From Dendrobates tinctorius (taxonomy: Eukaryota), in the NCBI RefSeq assembly GCF_039654945.1, contig NW_027361829.1, forward strand, positions 23,312,001 to 23,376,000: a stretch of DNA of 64,000 nucleotides, in the 5' to 3' direction. Of this stretch, positions 14,080 to 27,206 are shown piece by piece. Under the pieces are notes generated by a model. It had not been told where the DNA came from. It saw only the letters and a program-made list of their open reading frames with translations, and searched no databases. A program made the position numbers and the translations under genes. The number at the start of each line of letters is the position of its first letter. Position 1 is the stretch's first letter.

Positions 14080-14960
14080 CAATAAGAAAAAGTTTTAGAA
14101 TTCTTCCTACCTGGGGTGTGGCATCACTATGTATTAGGGTTTTTTGAAGAAGGACCTCCAAACATGAAGCCTTTATTTTTCCTCCTATGTTCCCCGAATC
14201 TTGGTCTGTTGGTATTTTTCCATAAATATTAGCACAAAAGGATCTCTTAAAGGAAGGCAAAACTAGAGTACGAAAACCTTTCTGCCCGTCTCCTGCTTTC
14301 TCCAGGATGCCAGTCAGAACAGGCCAAAAAAGAACTCTCCTTGTCAATGTATGGAGCTTTGTCTTGACAGACTGGATATCTATTGACCAGCATTTCAATC
14401 ATAGGTCTCGCCAGACCGTACTCCGCAAGGATGAGGACCCAACAGCTAACCGAACTGTATCTGCTAATCCATCTGCTAAAACTCCTGCTGGGATTGTAGA
14501 GAAAGATGGCAGAATACGTTCCCTAGAATCTTTTTTAGATGAGTTTCCAGCCTGTCTAACCATACAATTAAGGATCTTGCTGCTATTGCTGGTTAAAAAG
14601 GTATGCGCTGTGGTTTCCTAGGTTCTCTTCAAAAGGCTATACGCTACGCTTTAATATCTAATCGGTACTTTAGTGAATCAATGTCGTAAATTGACAGAAA
14701 TTTTTTTTTTAGACTTTGGAAAAATCGCTAAATCAATTTTAGGTAGTCTGTCCCAGGTAGCCAAAGTGTCTTCATCAAAAGGGTATTTAAGTTTAACCGC
14801 TGATGGGAGAAACTCTTTCCTCACAGTTTTGCTTCACTTCTGTCTTATGAGCGATTGAATATTCTTCTGAACCGGAAAAGTTCCAAGTTTGCAATGCTCT
14901 AGGCCTGAATAGGCCTAGAAGATTTTTGTTCCTCAATATTAGCTAGTGGTCCCAATGGCT
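14080..14960 (-). pseudogene. DIRS1-like retrotransposon gag / RT-start relic
   Basis: Minus-strand remnants LADGLADTVRLAVGSSSL..WRDL*LKCWS, VLTGILEKAGDGQKGF and TPQVGRILKLF resemble the amphibian DIRS ORF1 end and ORF2 start (from memory); heavily decayed. Confidence 0.5.
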
Positions 14961-15507
14961 TTGATTAGTTTGTCCGTATCTTCAAATGGAAGCAAGGACT
15001 TTCTGCTGATGTGCATTTACGATGTTACTTACACATCTTCAGGGGATTTGGGGAAGGGTTTGACGCTTCCAAGTAGAATGCTTTTGGGCTGCAGCATAGT
15101 GATGCAAATAGGAGACAAGAAAACTGCCAGGACAAAGCAACCATACACCAGGTCCCTCAACGCCACCAGGCTCAGCACCACTGTCTTAAGAGGTAATCCG
15201 GCGCCCTTTGTATTATCACTCCATTTCAATGACTCAGTAGCGGTTTCCTTTGGAAGTTGCTTGTGGGATATCCACGTTTTCTCCTGACATCATTAACACG
15301 TGACTGTGTGGTGATGCTGCTTCCAGAGCCATCTGGTGGAAGGTGGTCGTCTTTACTGAACTACTTACACTGGCGTGTGCCCACTCCCACCATGTAATAG
15401 GTACTCTCTAAGCAGGGTCGTCGTGCCCAAGGCTCATACTTGTTCGGCAGCAAACCGCACGCTACACACTACACACACAAGGCTACAATGCATACGGTTT
15501 CACTTAC

Positions 15508-15606
15508 TTCTCCTCTGAAGCCATACGTAGAAATACTAGATAAGTCTTCAAATGACTGCAATTTACTTGTGGTGAAGCGCTCACATACTATCTCCATGTC
15601 ATCTTT
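15508..15606 (-). CDS. MLH1: MLH1 exon 3 ([33 protein letters not shown])
   Basis: Acceptor tttgcag, donor GAA|gtaagt; 99 nt. Confidence 0.97.
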
Positions 15607-16284
15607 CTGCAAACAAACATAAGTTTCACAGTCAATAAACACAGATTAATGCAAACCATTAAAAGAGGGTTACCCAGTGAAAAAAATATGTCACCCATCG
15701 ACAGGATAGGTGATAACTTGTTGATCGGAGGGGGCCCAAACACCAGTAGGGATTGGTACAATGAAGAACCCTTATCCCCATTAGAATGGAGAGGCAGTGC
15801 GAGCTCGGCCGCTGCTCCATTCATTCCCTATGAAGTTGTACTCAGCTTTTTCTGGAAGCCTCAGAGAACATATGGAGCAGTGGTTGAGCATACTAACAGT
15901 GATCCAAAAATCCCTGTTCTGCCGATCGGTGTGGGTCACAGGGGTTGTACCCACTCCTCAGGAGGTTAGCCCATATCCTGCACAGAGGTGACAACTTGAT
16001 CTGACCAGACCTCTTTAATTTGAAAGCAAAACTGTTCTTAAAATGTTATTTCCATCTCAGCGTTTTCTGGCTGAGATGGGAATCACAGGAAGCGGGAGCC
16101 GCAGATAGCAGCTGAGCTTGAATCTTCCGCTTGTTTCTATGGGAGTCATGTATGCATTGCCCCTGCCGCTTCTATGGGGGGCAGCAACAGAACCAGTGCT
16201 TGTACTAGAAAATGGGTGAAAAAAAAGTCCTAGCAGATGATTTCTGTTATGTGGTGACACGTGAAAGTAGCGCTAGATCCTTAC

Positions 16285-16375
16285 CCGGATGCCACAGCCA
16301 TTGTCCTGGATCTGAATTAATTTCATGCCACCTTCCTTAACAGTCACTTGGATATTTGTTGACTTTGCATCTAAA
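16285..16375 (-). CDS. MLH1: MLH1 exon 2 ([30 protein letters not shown])
   Basis: Acceptor ttgttacag, donor CGG|gtaagg; 91 nt. Confidence 0.97.
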
Positions 16376-16726
16376 CTGTAACAACGAGAAGAAATATGGA
16401 TAATACAGAAAGGTGGATCAGACCCACGTGGCCAGTGCCATAAAGTCCGGATAGAAGATGACTTAATATTTTACAGGAACACTGTGGTTTTTGATGCTTG
16501 GCCCCATATGTCTCCTACTGATATCACTGGAGTAGATGACACATGGCCGTACAACACAAGTAGTTTGTACCATTCCCCCTTCTCTCCCTTATTTCCTCAG
16601 ACTGTGAGCAGGGCCCTCACTCCTCACAATATCCGATTCTGTGTTACTCTGTAATGTCTGATATTCGCTGTACATGTGCCCTATGTGATGTTGCGGAATA
16701 AGTCCGCGGTATAGAAATAGAATTAA

Positions 16727-17960
16727 GGTGTGTTCACACACAGCGTTTTTTTTGCGGTTTTTCCTACGGATTTGCCAAAAAATCCGCGGGAAAAACGCAA
16801 AAAAGCTTCCCATTCATTTCTATGCATTTTGCACTGTTTGTGCACACTGATGCATTTTTTACTGCGAAAAAACCGCATTGCGGTAAAAAAGCAGCATGCT
16901 CATTAATTTTGCGTTTTTTCCACGTTTCTGGCTTTTTCCATGTGTCTAGAAACAGCGCGAAAAAAACGAGCAAAAATCGCAGTAAAAACTCGCAGAAAAA
17001 AACGCGCGGTTTCTGGGAAGGGAGTCCTGTTTTTCAGCAGAAAATTTCTGCTATGTGTGCACTTAGGCTGGGTTCACACGTAGCGGAACTCTCGCGGAAA
17101 TTACCGCAAGAATTCCGGAATTCTATTCCGCGGGGGTGGGGAACGCATTTTAAATTCCCGAGGAAAAACTAGCATTTTGCAAGCGTAATTAGCTTCCAGA
17201 ATGCTAGCGTTTTCCAAGCGATCTGTACCATCGCTTGGAGAACTGATTGACAGGTTGTTTACACTTGTCAAACAGTGTTTGGCAAGTGTGACCAACTTTT
17301 TACTATTGAGGCTGCCTATGCGGCATGAATAGTAAGAGATAGAATGTAAAAAGTAATAATAATAAAAAAAATATATTGTTATTCTTACCTTCCGACGTCC
17401 CACGCAGCCTTCCCACCTCTCTCCACGCTCCTGGTCCCAGTAATCTTTTGCGACAATTACTGCGATGACGTCGCGCGAATGACTGCTAGACTTCGTGATC
17501 CTGCGAGAACGGACGTCATCGCTTTCAAAGGCTTACTGGGACCGGGAGCGTGGAGAGAGGCGGGAAGGCTGCGCGGGACGTCGGAAGGTGAGAATAACAA
17601 TATTTTTTACAGGGATATGGTACCCAGAGCCCGGAGGACAGTCTCCTCTCCTCCGGACCGTGGGTACCATCCGCAAGTGTTCTGCTTACTTTTTCGCATG
17701 GTGTGCACAGCCACATGCGGAAAGTAAACAGAACAATGCATTCCTATGGGTGCGGGATCGCCGCGATTCTGCTAAATTAATGAGCATGCTGCGTTTTTTA
17801 CCGGGAAGCCATTACGCCGCAGTAAAAACCGCAGCATTAGCACAGCATTGCGGAATCCCATAGGAATGCATGGGATGCTTATTTTTCGCGGCAAAACTGC
17901 GCAGTTAAAACCGCCGCGGGAACGCATGAAAAGCCGCCACGTGTGAACTCAGCCTGAGCC
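16727..17960. mobile_element. Harbinger-type MITE whose right TIR is split by a second MITE (MLH1 intron 1)
   Basis: TAA-GGTGTGTTCACAC ... GTGTGCAC[TTA insertion TGA]GCC-TTA. Confidence 0.65.
17066..17954. mobile_element. Harbinger-type MITE
   Basis: TIRs GGCTGGGTTCACACGT / ACGTGTGAACTCAGCC; flanks TTA and TGA. Confidence 0.8.
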
Positions 17961-18165
17961 TTATTGTTCTGCATGGCTGCCCTACTCTATGGCAGGCTCT
18001 TTCCAGACACTAGTGAAGCCCCAGGGTGGCCTCACAGGATGGAAAACGTTGTGCATGGTTGTGGTGCTGCAGCCCTGACAAGCAGAAGATAAGCATGCTG
18101 CCCCCGGGAGCGGTGACAGCAGTGCAGCCCCCCCTGGAGGTGACGGCAGTGCAGCGCAGCCATTA

Positions 18166-18680
<515 letters not shown>

Positions 18681-19451
18681 GCAGCTCTGGACCTATTAGC
18701 ACATGTAGGAATGTGCATGAAGAAGGCAGTCAGGAGGCAACTTCCATCGCTCCTATAAGGAAGGCCATCGCTGGCCACTTATTGGTGCCTATTGCCAGAG
18801 CTGCAATGTGTGAAGAAATGGCGCAGCCATCAGTCTCCATGTGGAAGTGGCCTGAAGGTGTAGGGGCGAGTTCACACGTGGCCGACTTGCTGCAGAAATC
18901 CTATTGACCCCAGGGCAAATGTCTAATGTCCACGCCCCAAGGGAATATAAATGGCCATGTAGCTAATGTTAGTGTAAAGGGGTTGTCCACTGCTGAGCGA
19001 CTCTGCCTAATGTAAGGCCCATGGAGCAGAATCCATATTCACCATCAGTTCTTGTGCAATGTTGGCTCTTCTCTGTGTGGCATGTGAAATTGTGTCGTGA
19101 CCACTGGAGCCAATGAGCGGCCGCAGCTCCTCAAGATTCCGCTGAAGCGGATAGCCACTATGAACTAGCAGAGGCTGCAGCCAATCAGTGGTAGTGTATT
19201 GGCTGCAGTGGTCCCTTTAAAGGGAACGTCCTTAGATTCATGCTGCCACGGTCCGCTTGAATCAGCCTGGGTAAGGGACCTGACTAGTCTGTTGTGGCTC
19301 CTGAAGGGATTTCTCCCTGCAGGAGATGGATGGGTGTATCTCGTGTACATGGGGAGAGACATCAAACAATAGAAGAAGGTTGGAGAAGCCGGCCGGGGAC
19401 CACACCGCGCTAAACTTCTCTCCCTATAGTCCCAGTCTGGATCTTCAAACT

Positions 19452-19876
19452 ATATACAAAGAATGGTTGCACTCTATCATGCTAAGGCATGTCAATGTGG
19501 AATATATGTAATTAGAATTGCAATACAGCTTTAGAATTATAGAAAAAATATGAGACTCTTAGCATAAAATTTGGCCAAATATTTTAATTATAGCAGGTCC
19601 CCACTTACCCATAAATGCAGGCATTGCCTACAGAGGTGTCCACATTCACCCAGGAATTCAGACATCAGCCTTAGAGAGGTATTCACACAGTGTAGGTACC
19701 CACCAGATTTGAGGCCGCCTTGACGTTGACTGGTGGGCAGATAGTATTTGGCCAAATTTTATGCTAAGAGTCTCATATATTTTTTCTATAATTCTAAAGC
19801 TGTATTGCAATTCTAATTACATATATTCCACATTGACATGCCTTAGCATGATAGAGTGCAACCATTCTTTGTATAT
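19452..19876. repeat. Near-perfect 130-bp inverted repeat (arms 19452-19581 and 19745-19876)
   Basis: Arms are reverse complements apart from a 2-bp indel that I could see; 163-bp spacer. Confidence 0.9.
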
Positions 19877-20800
19877 TGTATATGGGGGTAGCTCCTGTTG
19901 GTATGCACCTATTCACATTAGTTTGGATGTGCCAGTCAGTTTTTTTGTCTCTTGGATCTTCAAACTGTCTCTTTGAAATACCAGAGCGTTTTAGAGAAAA
20001 ACATACTTTAGTGCAATCGTGCAGAAAGGCTATGATTTAGGCTGATTAACTTAAAGGGAAGGTGCCATCCCCAAAAAATTTTTTCAGCAATTGAAAAAGT
20101 GTAAAGAATTAATGTTTACATGTTCTTAAAAAATATTATCATTTGTTTTTAATTTTGTAAAATATGAAAAATAATTTTAAAAAGTTTGGCATTTCCACTT
20201 GTTAAGACTAGGGGGAGCAGATACTGAAATTTGGCACAAAAACCTAGTGTACAACTAGCTCACATTACTGTCCTGCAGTAATTATGGGTGTACAGTGTCC
20301 ATGATGTTTGATTTTGATATATGATCATGCCCTAAAATGGACACTGTATGGGCGGAATCTGCTGATATGGGTGTGGTGTCACTCCTCTCCTCCCCTACTG
20401 GGTGCTTGCTAAGGGAAAAGAGAGGATGACATTTAGGAACACAGTGAGCAGCCATTTTGATGGGGCCTGCAAAGTTACTGACTGTCTTTGCATGTAAAGT
20501 CCGGATCAGAACAGGCCATCAATCAGCAGAAATGTTTCCTGGATTTCTGTGGAGCAGACAAAAAGATGGTCCATCCATGTGTATAAAACACAGCGCTCTA
20601 TGTACAATCCCTGGCACCGAACAGGGTGCCCCCCACAGACCAGCACACTGCTCTAATGAAATACTCTGTGCTGCTGTCACCCTGCTCCTTCCACCATACA
20701 TCAGGCCCCTGTCGCCTCGCTTTCACACATCGCCAGGACGGGATCTGAGGAGAGGAATGGGGTCTTCGGTCACCGAGGATGGCAGGCAGCAAGGATTCTG

Positions 20801-21158
20801 GGAGCAGGGTGACAGCAGCCCAGAGTATTTCAGGAGAGCAGTGTGCTGGTCTATGGGGGGCACACAGAGAGATATATGGTAGAGGAAGCAAAGTGACAGC
20901 AGCACAGAGTATTTCAGGAGAGCAATGCGCTGGTCTATGGGGGGCACAGACGGAGATATATGGTGGAGGGAGCAGGGTGACAGCAGCACAGAGTATTTCA
21001 GGAGAGCAGTGTGCTGGTCTATGGGGGGCACACAGAGAGATATATGGTAGAGGGAGCAGAGTGACAGCAGCACACAGTATTTCAGGAGAGCAGTGCGCTG
21101 GTCTATGGGGGGCACAGAGGGAGATATATGGGGGAGGAGCAGGGTGACAGCAGCACAG
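20801..21158 (+). repeat. 84-bp minisatellite, about 4 units
   Basis: GTGACAGCAGC recurs at 20809, 20893, 20977, 21061 and 21144. Confidence 0.9.
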
Positions 21159-21578
21159 AAATCCAGGAAACATTTAAACATTTCTGCTGATTGATGGCCT
21201 GTTCTGATCCAGACTTTGCATGCAGAGACCCCATTCCCCTCCTCAGATCCTGTCCTAGCGATGTGTGAAAGCGAGGCGACAGGCGCAGTCCGGGTTGACG
21301 CTGGGAAGCAGGCTGGGGGGGAATGGAGCCATACAGTAACGATAAAAATGAGACCCCTCTCTTCAGCTGCTTCACCAGCCCTACCCTGACTGCACCTGAC
21401 TATTACCCCCCTGACCCGTGTGCAGGTGCTCAGCCAGAACCACCCTTTTAGCAGATCACAAATAATACCGCCATATACTTCACACACAATGCCGCCATAT
21501 AGATCTTACACAATACCACCATGTAGATCACATTTAAAACCAGCAAGGTGACAGCAGCATAGCGTATTTCAGGAGAGC

Positions 21579-22530
21579 AGTATCACACGGCAGAGAATTA
21601 GATACACGGCTCAGCAGACAGTATCACACAGGAGAGGATTAGATACACGGTTCAGCAGTCAGTATCACACAGGAGAGGATTAGATACACGGTTCAGCAGT
21701 CAGTATCACACAGGAGAGGATTAGATACACAGCTCATTAGTCAGTATCACACAGGATAGGATTAGATACACAGCTCAGCAGTCAGTATCACACAGGATAG
21801 GATTAGATACCCAGCTCAGCAGACAGTATCATACAGGAGAGGATTAGATACACGGTTCAGCAGTCAGTATCACACAGGGGAGGATTAGACACATGGCTCA
21901 GCAGACAGTATCACACAGGGGAGGATTAGACACACGGCTCAGCAGTCAGTATCACACAGGAGAGGATTAGACACACGGCTCAGCAGGCAGTATCACACAG
22001 GAGAGGATTAGATACACGGCTCAGCAGGCAGTATCACACAGGAGAGGATTAGATACACGGCTCAGCAGGCAGTATCACACAGGAGAGGATTAGATACACG
22101 GTTCAGCAGGCAGTATCACACAGGAGAGGATTAGATACACGGTTCAGCAGTCAGTATCACACAGGAGAGGATTAGATACACGGTTCAGCAGTCAGTATCA
22201 CACAGGAGAGGATTAGATACATGGCTCAGCAGGCAGTATCACACAGGAGAGGATTAGATACACGGCTCAGCAGGCAGTATCACACAGGGGAGGATTAGAC
22301 ACACGGCTCAGCAGACAGTATCACAAAGGGGAGGATTAGATACACGGTTCAGCAGGCAGTATCACACAGGAGAGGATTAGATACACGGTTCAGCAGTCAG
22401 TATCACACAGGAGAGGATTAGATACACGGCTCAGCAGGCAGTATCACACAGGAGAGGATTAGATACACGGCTCAGCAGGCAGCATCACACAGGAGAGGAT
22501 TAGATACACGGCTCAGCAGTCAGTATCACA
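21579..22530 (+). repeat. 41-bp minisatellite, about 23 units
   Basis: Unit AGTATCACACAGGAGAGGATTAGATACACGGYTCAGCAGNC. Confidence 0.95.
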
Positions 22531-23693
22531 CCAGACAGTATTACAGATATGCCCACTCTGGTGAAACTTCCAGCCCCCCCATACACTAGACTATGGGCTG
22601 TATAGGTCACTGTCCTCCTCAGACAGCCATAAAAGCTGTCATAAAAAGGAAGGTGTCAGATTACCGGAGATCACTGGGGCTGTGTGTTAGTGAGGAGGTG
22701 GAGACAGAGCAGGAGGACAGGGGAGCTGGAGCAGGAAGCACAGTGCAGAAAGTGGAGCTCAGCAGATAGCACTGGGCTACAGTAAAATGGCGCCAGCCAC
22801 ACCTACAGCAGTGATTGGTGCAGCCCACAGGGGCGTGCCCAGTTCTCTGCTAATGAGGCTGCAATGTGCGGTCGGATGCTGTCCGCAGTCTCCTATGTCC
22901 AGGGACGGCCATATTTGCAGACTGTATGAGTCCTCCACAGATCTGCAAATCAAGATGGCAGCGCCCAGTGGCTACATTAAAACATTATTACAAACAAACC
23001 ATAAATCCTGGTTAGTACAACATTTGCTTTAACAACATGTTTTGTTACTTACTCTTTTTTTGCAAATTATATAAAATTGCGGCACCTTCCCTTTAAAAGA
23101 GGCTGTGTCAGCACAGGATGACTCTTCAGATAAAGTACAGGCGCTCATTGCAAACATTTAAGTGCACCTTCCCACCTGCTTGGTTTCCATCAATCTCTGC
23201 CCTTCTCTGTCTCTATGAAGCCAGAGCTGTTAAAGAAGAGGATGTGGAGATAGAAAAGAAACCAAGCTTGTGGGGAGGTGCATTGCAATGTTTGGCCATG
23301 CCTGGTGCACAGCTGTTCTTGGATTGAACAGCTTTCCTTACAAGCTGACCAGCGCCTGTACATACTATGACTGCTGGTGGAGGATCGGTCCACCAGCCTC
23401 CTCCAGTTATAAAACGCCTCACACGGGAAAGCTTCAGTAGGAGGAGGCTGAAGGACCAATCTGGTCATATTCTCCTCCACCAGCAGCCATTGTATGGACA
23501 GACGTGCTGGTCAGTTTGTGAGGAAAGCTGTATTTACAAGAAACACTAGCTGACCGCTTTAACTCATCTTTTCCTAGGTTCACAGAAGTTCACATCAGCT
23601 TTCTCTCCCTTTCTGTATCCAGAGCTGCCATGTCGCCATTGCTTTGGTCTTTGTCGATTGGCTGCAGTGGTAACTTAACATTTATAGCACTAA

Positions 23694-24453
23694 GGCCGGG
23701 GTCACGCGGCCATCGATTCCCTCATGCAAGAAAATTGGACTGATTACGCAAATCACAGTCGGCTTAAACTCTGTCAGAGTGTGATCTGAGTCTATAAGAA
23801 AACAGGGAGCACCGCTAGTTAAATATAAGAGAGAGGGTGCTACATCATGTAGAGCAGGGTTCCCCCACTCCAGTCCTCAAGGCCCACCAACAGATCATGT
23901 TTTCAGGATTTCCTTTGTATTGCACTGGTGACGCAATTATCATCCGGAGTAATACAAAGGAAATCCTGAAAACATGACCTGTTGGTGGGCCTTGAGGACT
24001 GGAGTGGGGGAACCCTGATGTAGAGAACAACTAGAGGCAAATGGAGACGAATAATACTCTACATAATGATGAGCACACCTTATTATAAGTTAAATATACA
24101 GGAAGTTTATTGAGAAACAAAGACAAACGTCTACAACTATTTCAACGCAGAGTACTAACCACTATACAATCATGGCCATGATCTTTTTTTCTTTTGCCCA
24201 GAGTGTGATCCATGTGTCACCTTAATGTGATCAGATTCTCTCACGAGAGATTGGCAGCACAGGTGCAGATGAGAAAGTAGTTTCTCCATCTCCTTCGTTG
24301 GCGGCGGCCGCGGTAATCGGACTGCACTCGGATGACATCAGGGTGCAATTCGAATCAGCTTGAGAAAATAATCACATCTGCGCTGCCCCATAGTATAACA
24401 TTGGAGCGAGTGCTATACAATAAAACATGCGATATGCTAGTGTGAGCAAGCCC
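23694..24453. mobile_element. Old Harbinger-type MITE with nested insertions
   Basis: TAA-GGCCGGGGTCAC ... GTGTGAGCAAGCCC-TTA. Confidence 0.5.
23855..24017. mobile_element. 163-bp palindromic hAT MITE
   Basis: Perfect 8-bp TSD ATGTAGAG (23847-23854, 24018-24025); CAGGGTTCCCCCACTCCAGTCCTCAAGG long TIR. Confidence 0.92.
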
Positions 24454-24789
24454 TTAAAATCGCTGCAGGCAATCATTGGACTCGGCTAGGTTGCAGCCTG
24501 CTCATGTAGAAAACACAGGCTGCTGAGCCCAGGATTGGCTGCAGATCTGCACATGTAACGTCATTGCTATGGCCTATCAATAAAGACTTGAGCAGCTTTA
24601 GGCCACGTTCAGTATTTGGTCAGTATTTTACATCAGTGTTTGTAAGCTAAAATCTGGTGTTGAACAATCAAAGGAAAAGTATAGTAAAAAACGTGCACCA
24701 TTTCTGCATTTATCACCCAGTTCTGGTTTTGACTTACAAATACTAATATAAAATAGTCACCAAATGCTGAACTTGTGCACATGGCCAAA

Positions 24790-25094
24790 GGGTGCTTTCA
24801 AATTGCGTTTGTGGGTCCCATCAGGGCATACATTTGAACCCCTTCCCAAAACTTGGTGCAGGCTTATGCGCTAGCGGGCCTATAGACTGTAATAAGTGAC
24901 GGCAGTGCAAACATGCGTTCTGATGTGCACTATATTGGGAAGTGTACGCCTACAGGAGGCAGCCGCTCAAAGTAGACTGCTTCTGAGTGTGCCTTCCCTT
25001 CGCTGTTTCTGAGTGTGCCTTCCCTTCGCTGTTTTGTGAAGGGGTTTCGGATATATGCCCCGACGGGAGCCACAAATGCAATGTGAAAGCACCC
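24790..25094. mobile_element. Harbinger-type MITE
   Basis: GGGTGCTTTCA.ATTGC.TTTGTGG ... CCACAAATGCAATGTGAAAGCACCC; abuts another small MITE at 24601-24786. Confidence 0.65.
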
Positions 25095-25981
25095 TATGGA
25101 CACCTGCACAAGTTCAGTATTTGGTCATGACAAAGCAATAGAGAGCACAAGGATTTAACCCCTTGGTCCGCTACTCCCTGTTTCGCCCCTTGGATGGCTG
25201 TTATCCCCCTCCAACGGGGGTTTGTAGCTAAAACTCCCAAAATGTAGGAAAGATCATAACTTCCCAGCGGAAGGTGATAGGGCGGCTGTTCTGACGCCAT
25301 CGGATCTGTCCGGACCTCCGGGTACGCTTGGAAACCAAACATGGCTTCGCTACCTGTCGTTTTACTAGCCATTCTGCGTAACTCCCCACTCTGGGGTGCT
25401 GGATCTGATCGAAACGCGGGAAGGCATTCTGCCCGTTCTACAGATCTTGGAAATGTAACCGGTGTGGGGTTGGAATGTATAATGACTCCATATTCTCCTT
25501 AAATTTCCTTATGAAATCCTTTCTGACTGGATGTACGGTAGTTAGAATGAAGCTGTCACACAGTGTGGGCTGGAAGGGAAGTCATCCTGATACTAGCTGG
25601 TGGGGTGTCCTGCTGAGTCAGGTGTCCTGTAACATATGCTGAAGGAGGATTGTAAGCTGCCATTAAATCCCTCCATAGTCTTCACATACAGTACATGCTC
25701 CCTAATTTTAGATATGTTTGCTGCATCATGGGACAAGCACTTAAAAGGGTGTTCCACTACACGGATAACCCCTTCTCAATACCTATGATTCACCCTTAAA
25801 AAACAACACTTATACTCTCCGCCAGTGCATTCTCCGTTCTAGCGGTGTCGGTGCTGCCTCTTCTGGGGATTGCGTAACGTGTCATGCGATCCCTTCGGCC
25901 AGTCAGTGGCCGCTTCACTCTCCCCGTGTTTGGACAATTCACGTACGGAGGAAGTTAGAGCTGCTGACATGTACGTTGTGC

Positions 25982-27206
25982 GATTTGGTTTCCAGTACCA
26001 TCTCTATGCTGATGACACCCAATTATACGCTTCTTCTCCTGACATCACGCCAGCCTTTCTAGAAAACACCGGCGATTGTCTAAACGCTGTGTCTAACATC
26101 ATGTCCTCACTATATCTGAAACTGAACCTGTCAAAGACTGAACTCCTTGTGTTTCCTCCCTCTACTAATGTACCTATACCCGACATTGCTATTTCTGTAT
26201 GTGGTTCCACTATTACTCCCCAGCAACAGGCCCGCTGTCTTGGGGTCATACTTGATTCCGAGCTTTCCTTTGCCCCCCACATTCGATCAGTGGCTCGCTC
26301 TTGTCATCTGCACCTCAAAAACATTTCTAGAATTCGACCTTTTCTTACTTTTGACTCTGCAAAAACTCTTACTGTTTCTCTTATTCATTCTCGTCTGGAC
26401 TATTGTAACTCTCTTCTAATCGGTCTCCCTCTTACCAAACTCTCCCCTCTCCAATCTGTCTTGAATGCTGCATCCAGGATCATATTCCTCACCAATCGTT
26501 ACACCGATGCCTCTACCTTGTGCCAGTCATTACACTGGCTACCCATCCACTCCAGAATTCAGTATAAACTTATTACCCTCACCCACAAAGCCCTTCATGG
26601 CTCAGCACCACCCTACATCTCCTCCCTTGTTTCAGTATACCACCCTACCCGCGCCCTCCGTTCTGCTGATGACCTGAGGTTAGCATCCTCAATAGTCAGA
26701 ACCTCCCACTCCCGTCTCCAAGACTTTACACGTGCCTCGCCAATTCTTTGGAATGTGCTTCCCAGGTCAATACGATTAGTCCCCAATCCCCAAAATTTTA
26801 AGTGTGCCCTGAAAACGCATTTATTCAGACTGGCCTATCAACTCAACTCATTAACCTAATCTATCCCTGTGTGGCACAGCCAAAAGTTTTACCATAACCA
26901 GATTTCCCGCATCATGTTCCCACATGCTTTATGCATCCATTAGCCCTCTGTGTCTGTACTGTTACACACTTAACATTATGGCTGGTCCATACAATCAGGG
27001 CAACTGTTACCACCCACCTTTCGAGTCTACCTCTTTCCTCATAGACTGTAAGCTTGCGAGCAGGGCCCTCTTTCCTCTTGGTATTTGTTATAATCTACTG
27101 TATGTGATTATTGTTATGCTGTAATGTCTATTGTCTGTACAAATCCCCTCTGAAATGTAAAGTGCTGCGGAATATGTCGGCGCTATAAAAATAAAATTTA
27201 TTATTA
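25982..27206 (+). mobile_element. 5'-truncated L2-clade LINE with an open RT C-terminal frame
   Basis: FGFQYHLYADDTQLY, HSRLDYCNSLL and LHWLPI motifs, open to the stop at 26859; 3'UTR ends AATAAAATTTATTATTA; candidate TSD TTGTGC (25976-25981, 27207-27212). Confidence 0.93.

Larger units (their letters stand above)
20055..23092. mobile_element. 3-kb T2/Kolobok-type non-autonomous element carrying two minisatellites
   Basis: TTAA TSD on both sides (20051-20054, 23093-23096); perfect 12-bp TIR AGGGAAGGTGCC. Confidence 0.85.

Noticed and set aside
20598-21487. 191-aa and 254-aa ORFs with 28-aa repeats
   Set aside because: Produced by the 84-bp minisatellite and open on both strands.
21579-22530. 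CRISPR-like regularly repeated array
   Set aside because: Contiguous 41-bp units with no unique spacers, in eukaryotic DNA with no cas genes.
25395-25425. Hammerhead ribozyme core (CTGATCGAAACGCG); also CTGATGAG at 9142
   Set aside because: The conserved boxes are incomplete and I could not build the required stems.
25870-25981. N-terminus of the 329-aa ORF as a real gene start
   Set aside because: Flanking MITE sequence that is in frame by chance with the 5'-truncated L2.
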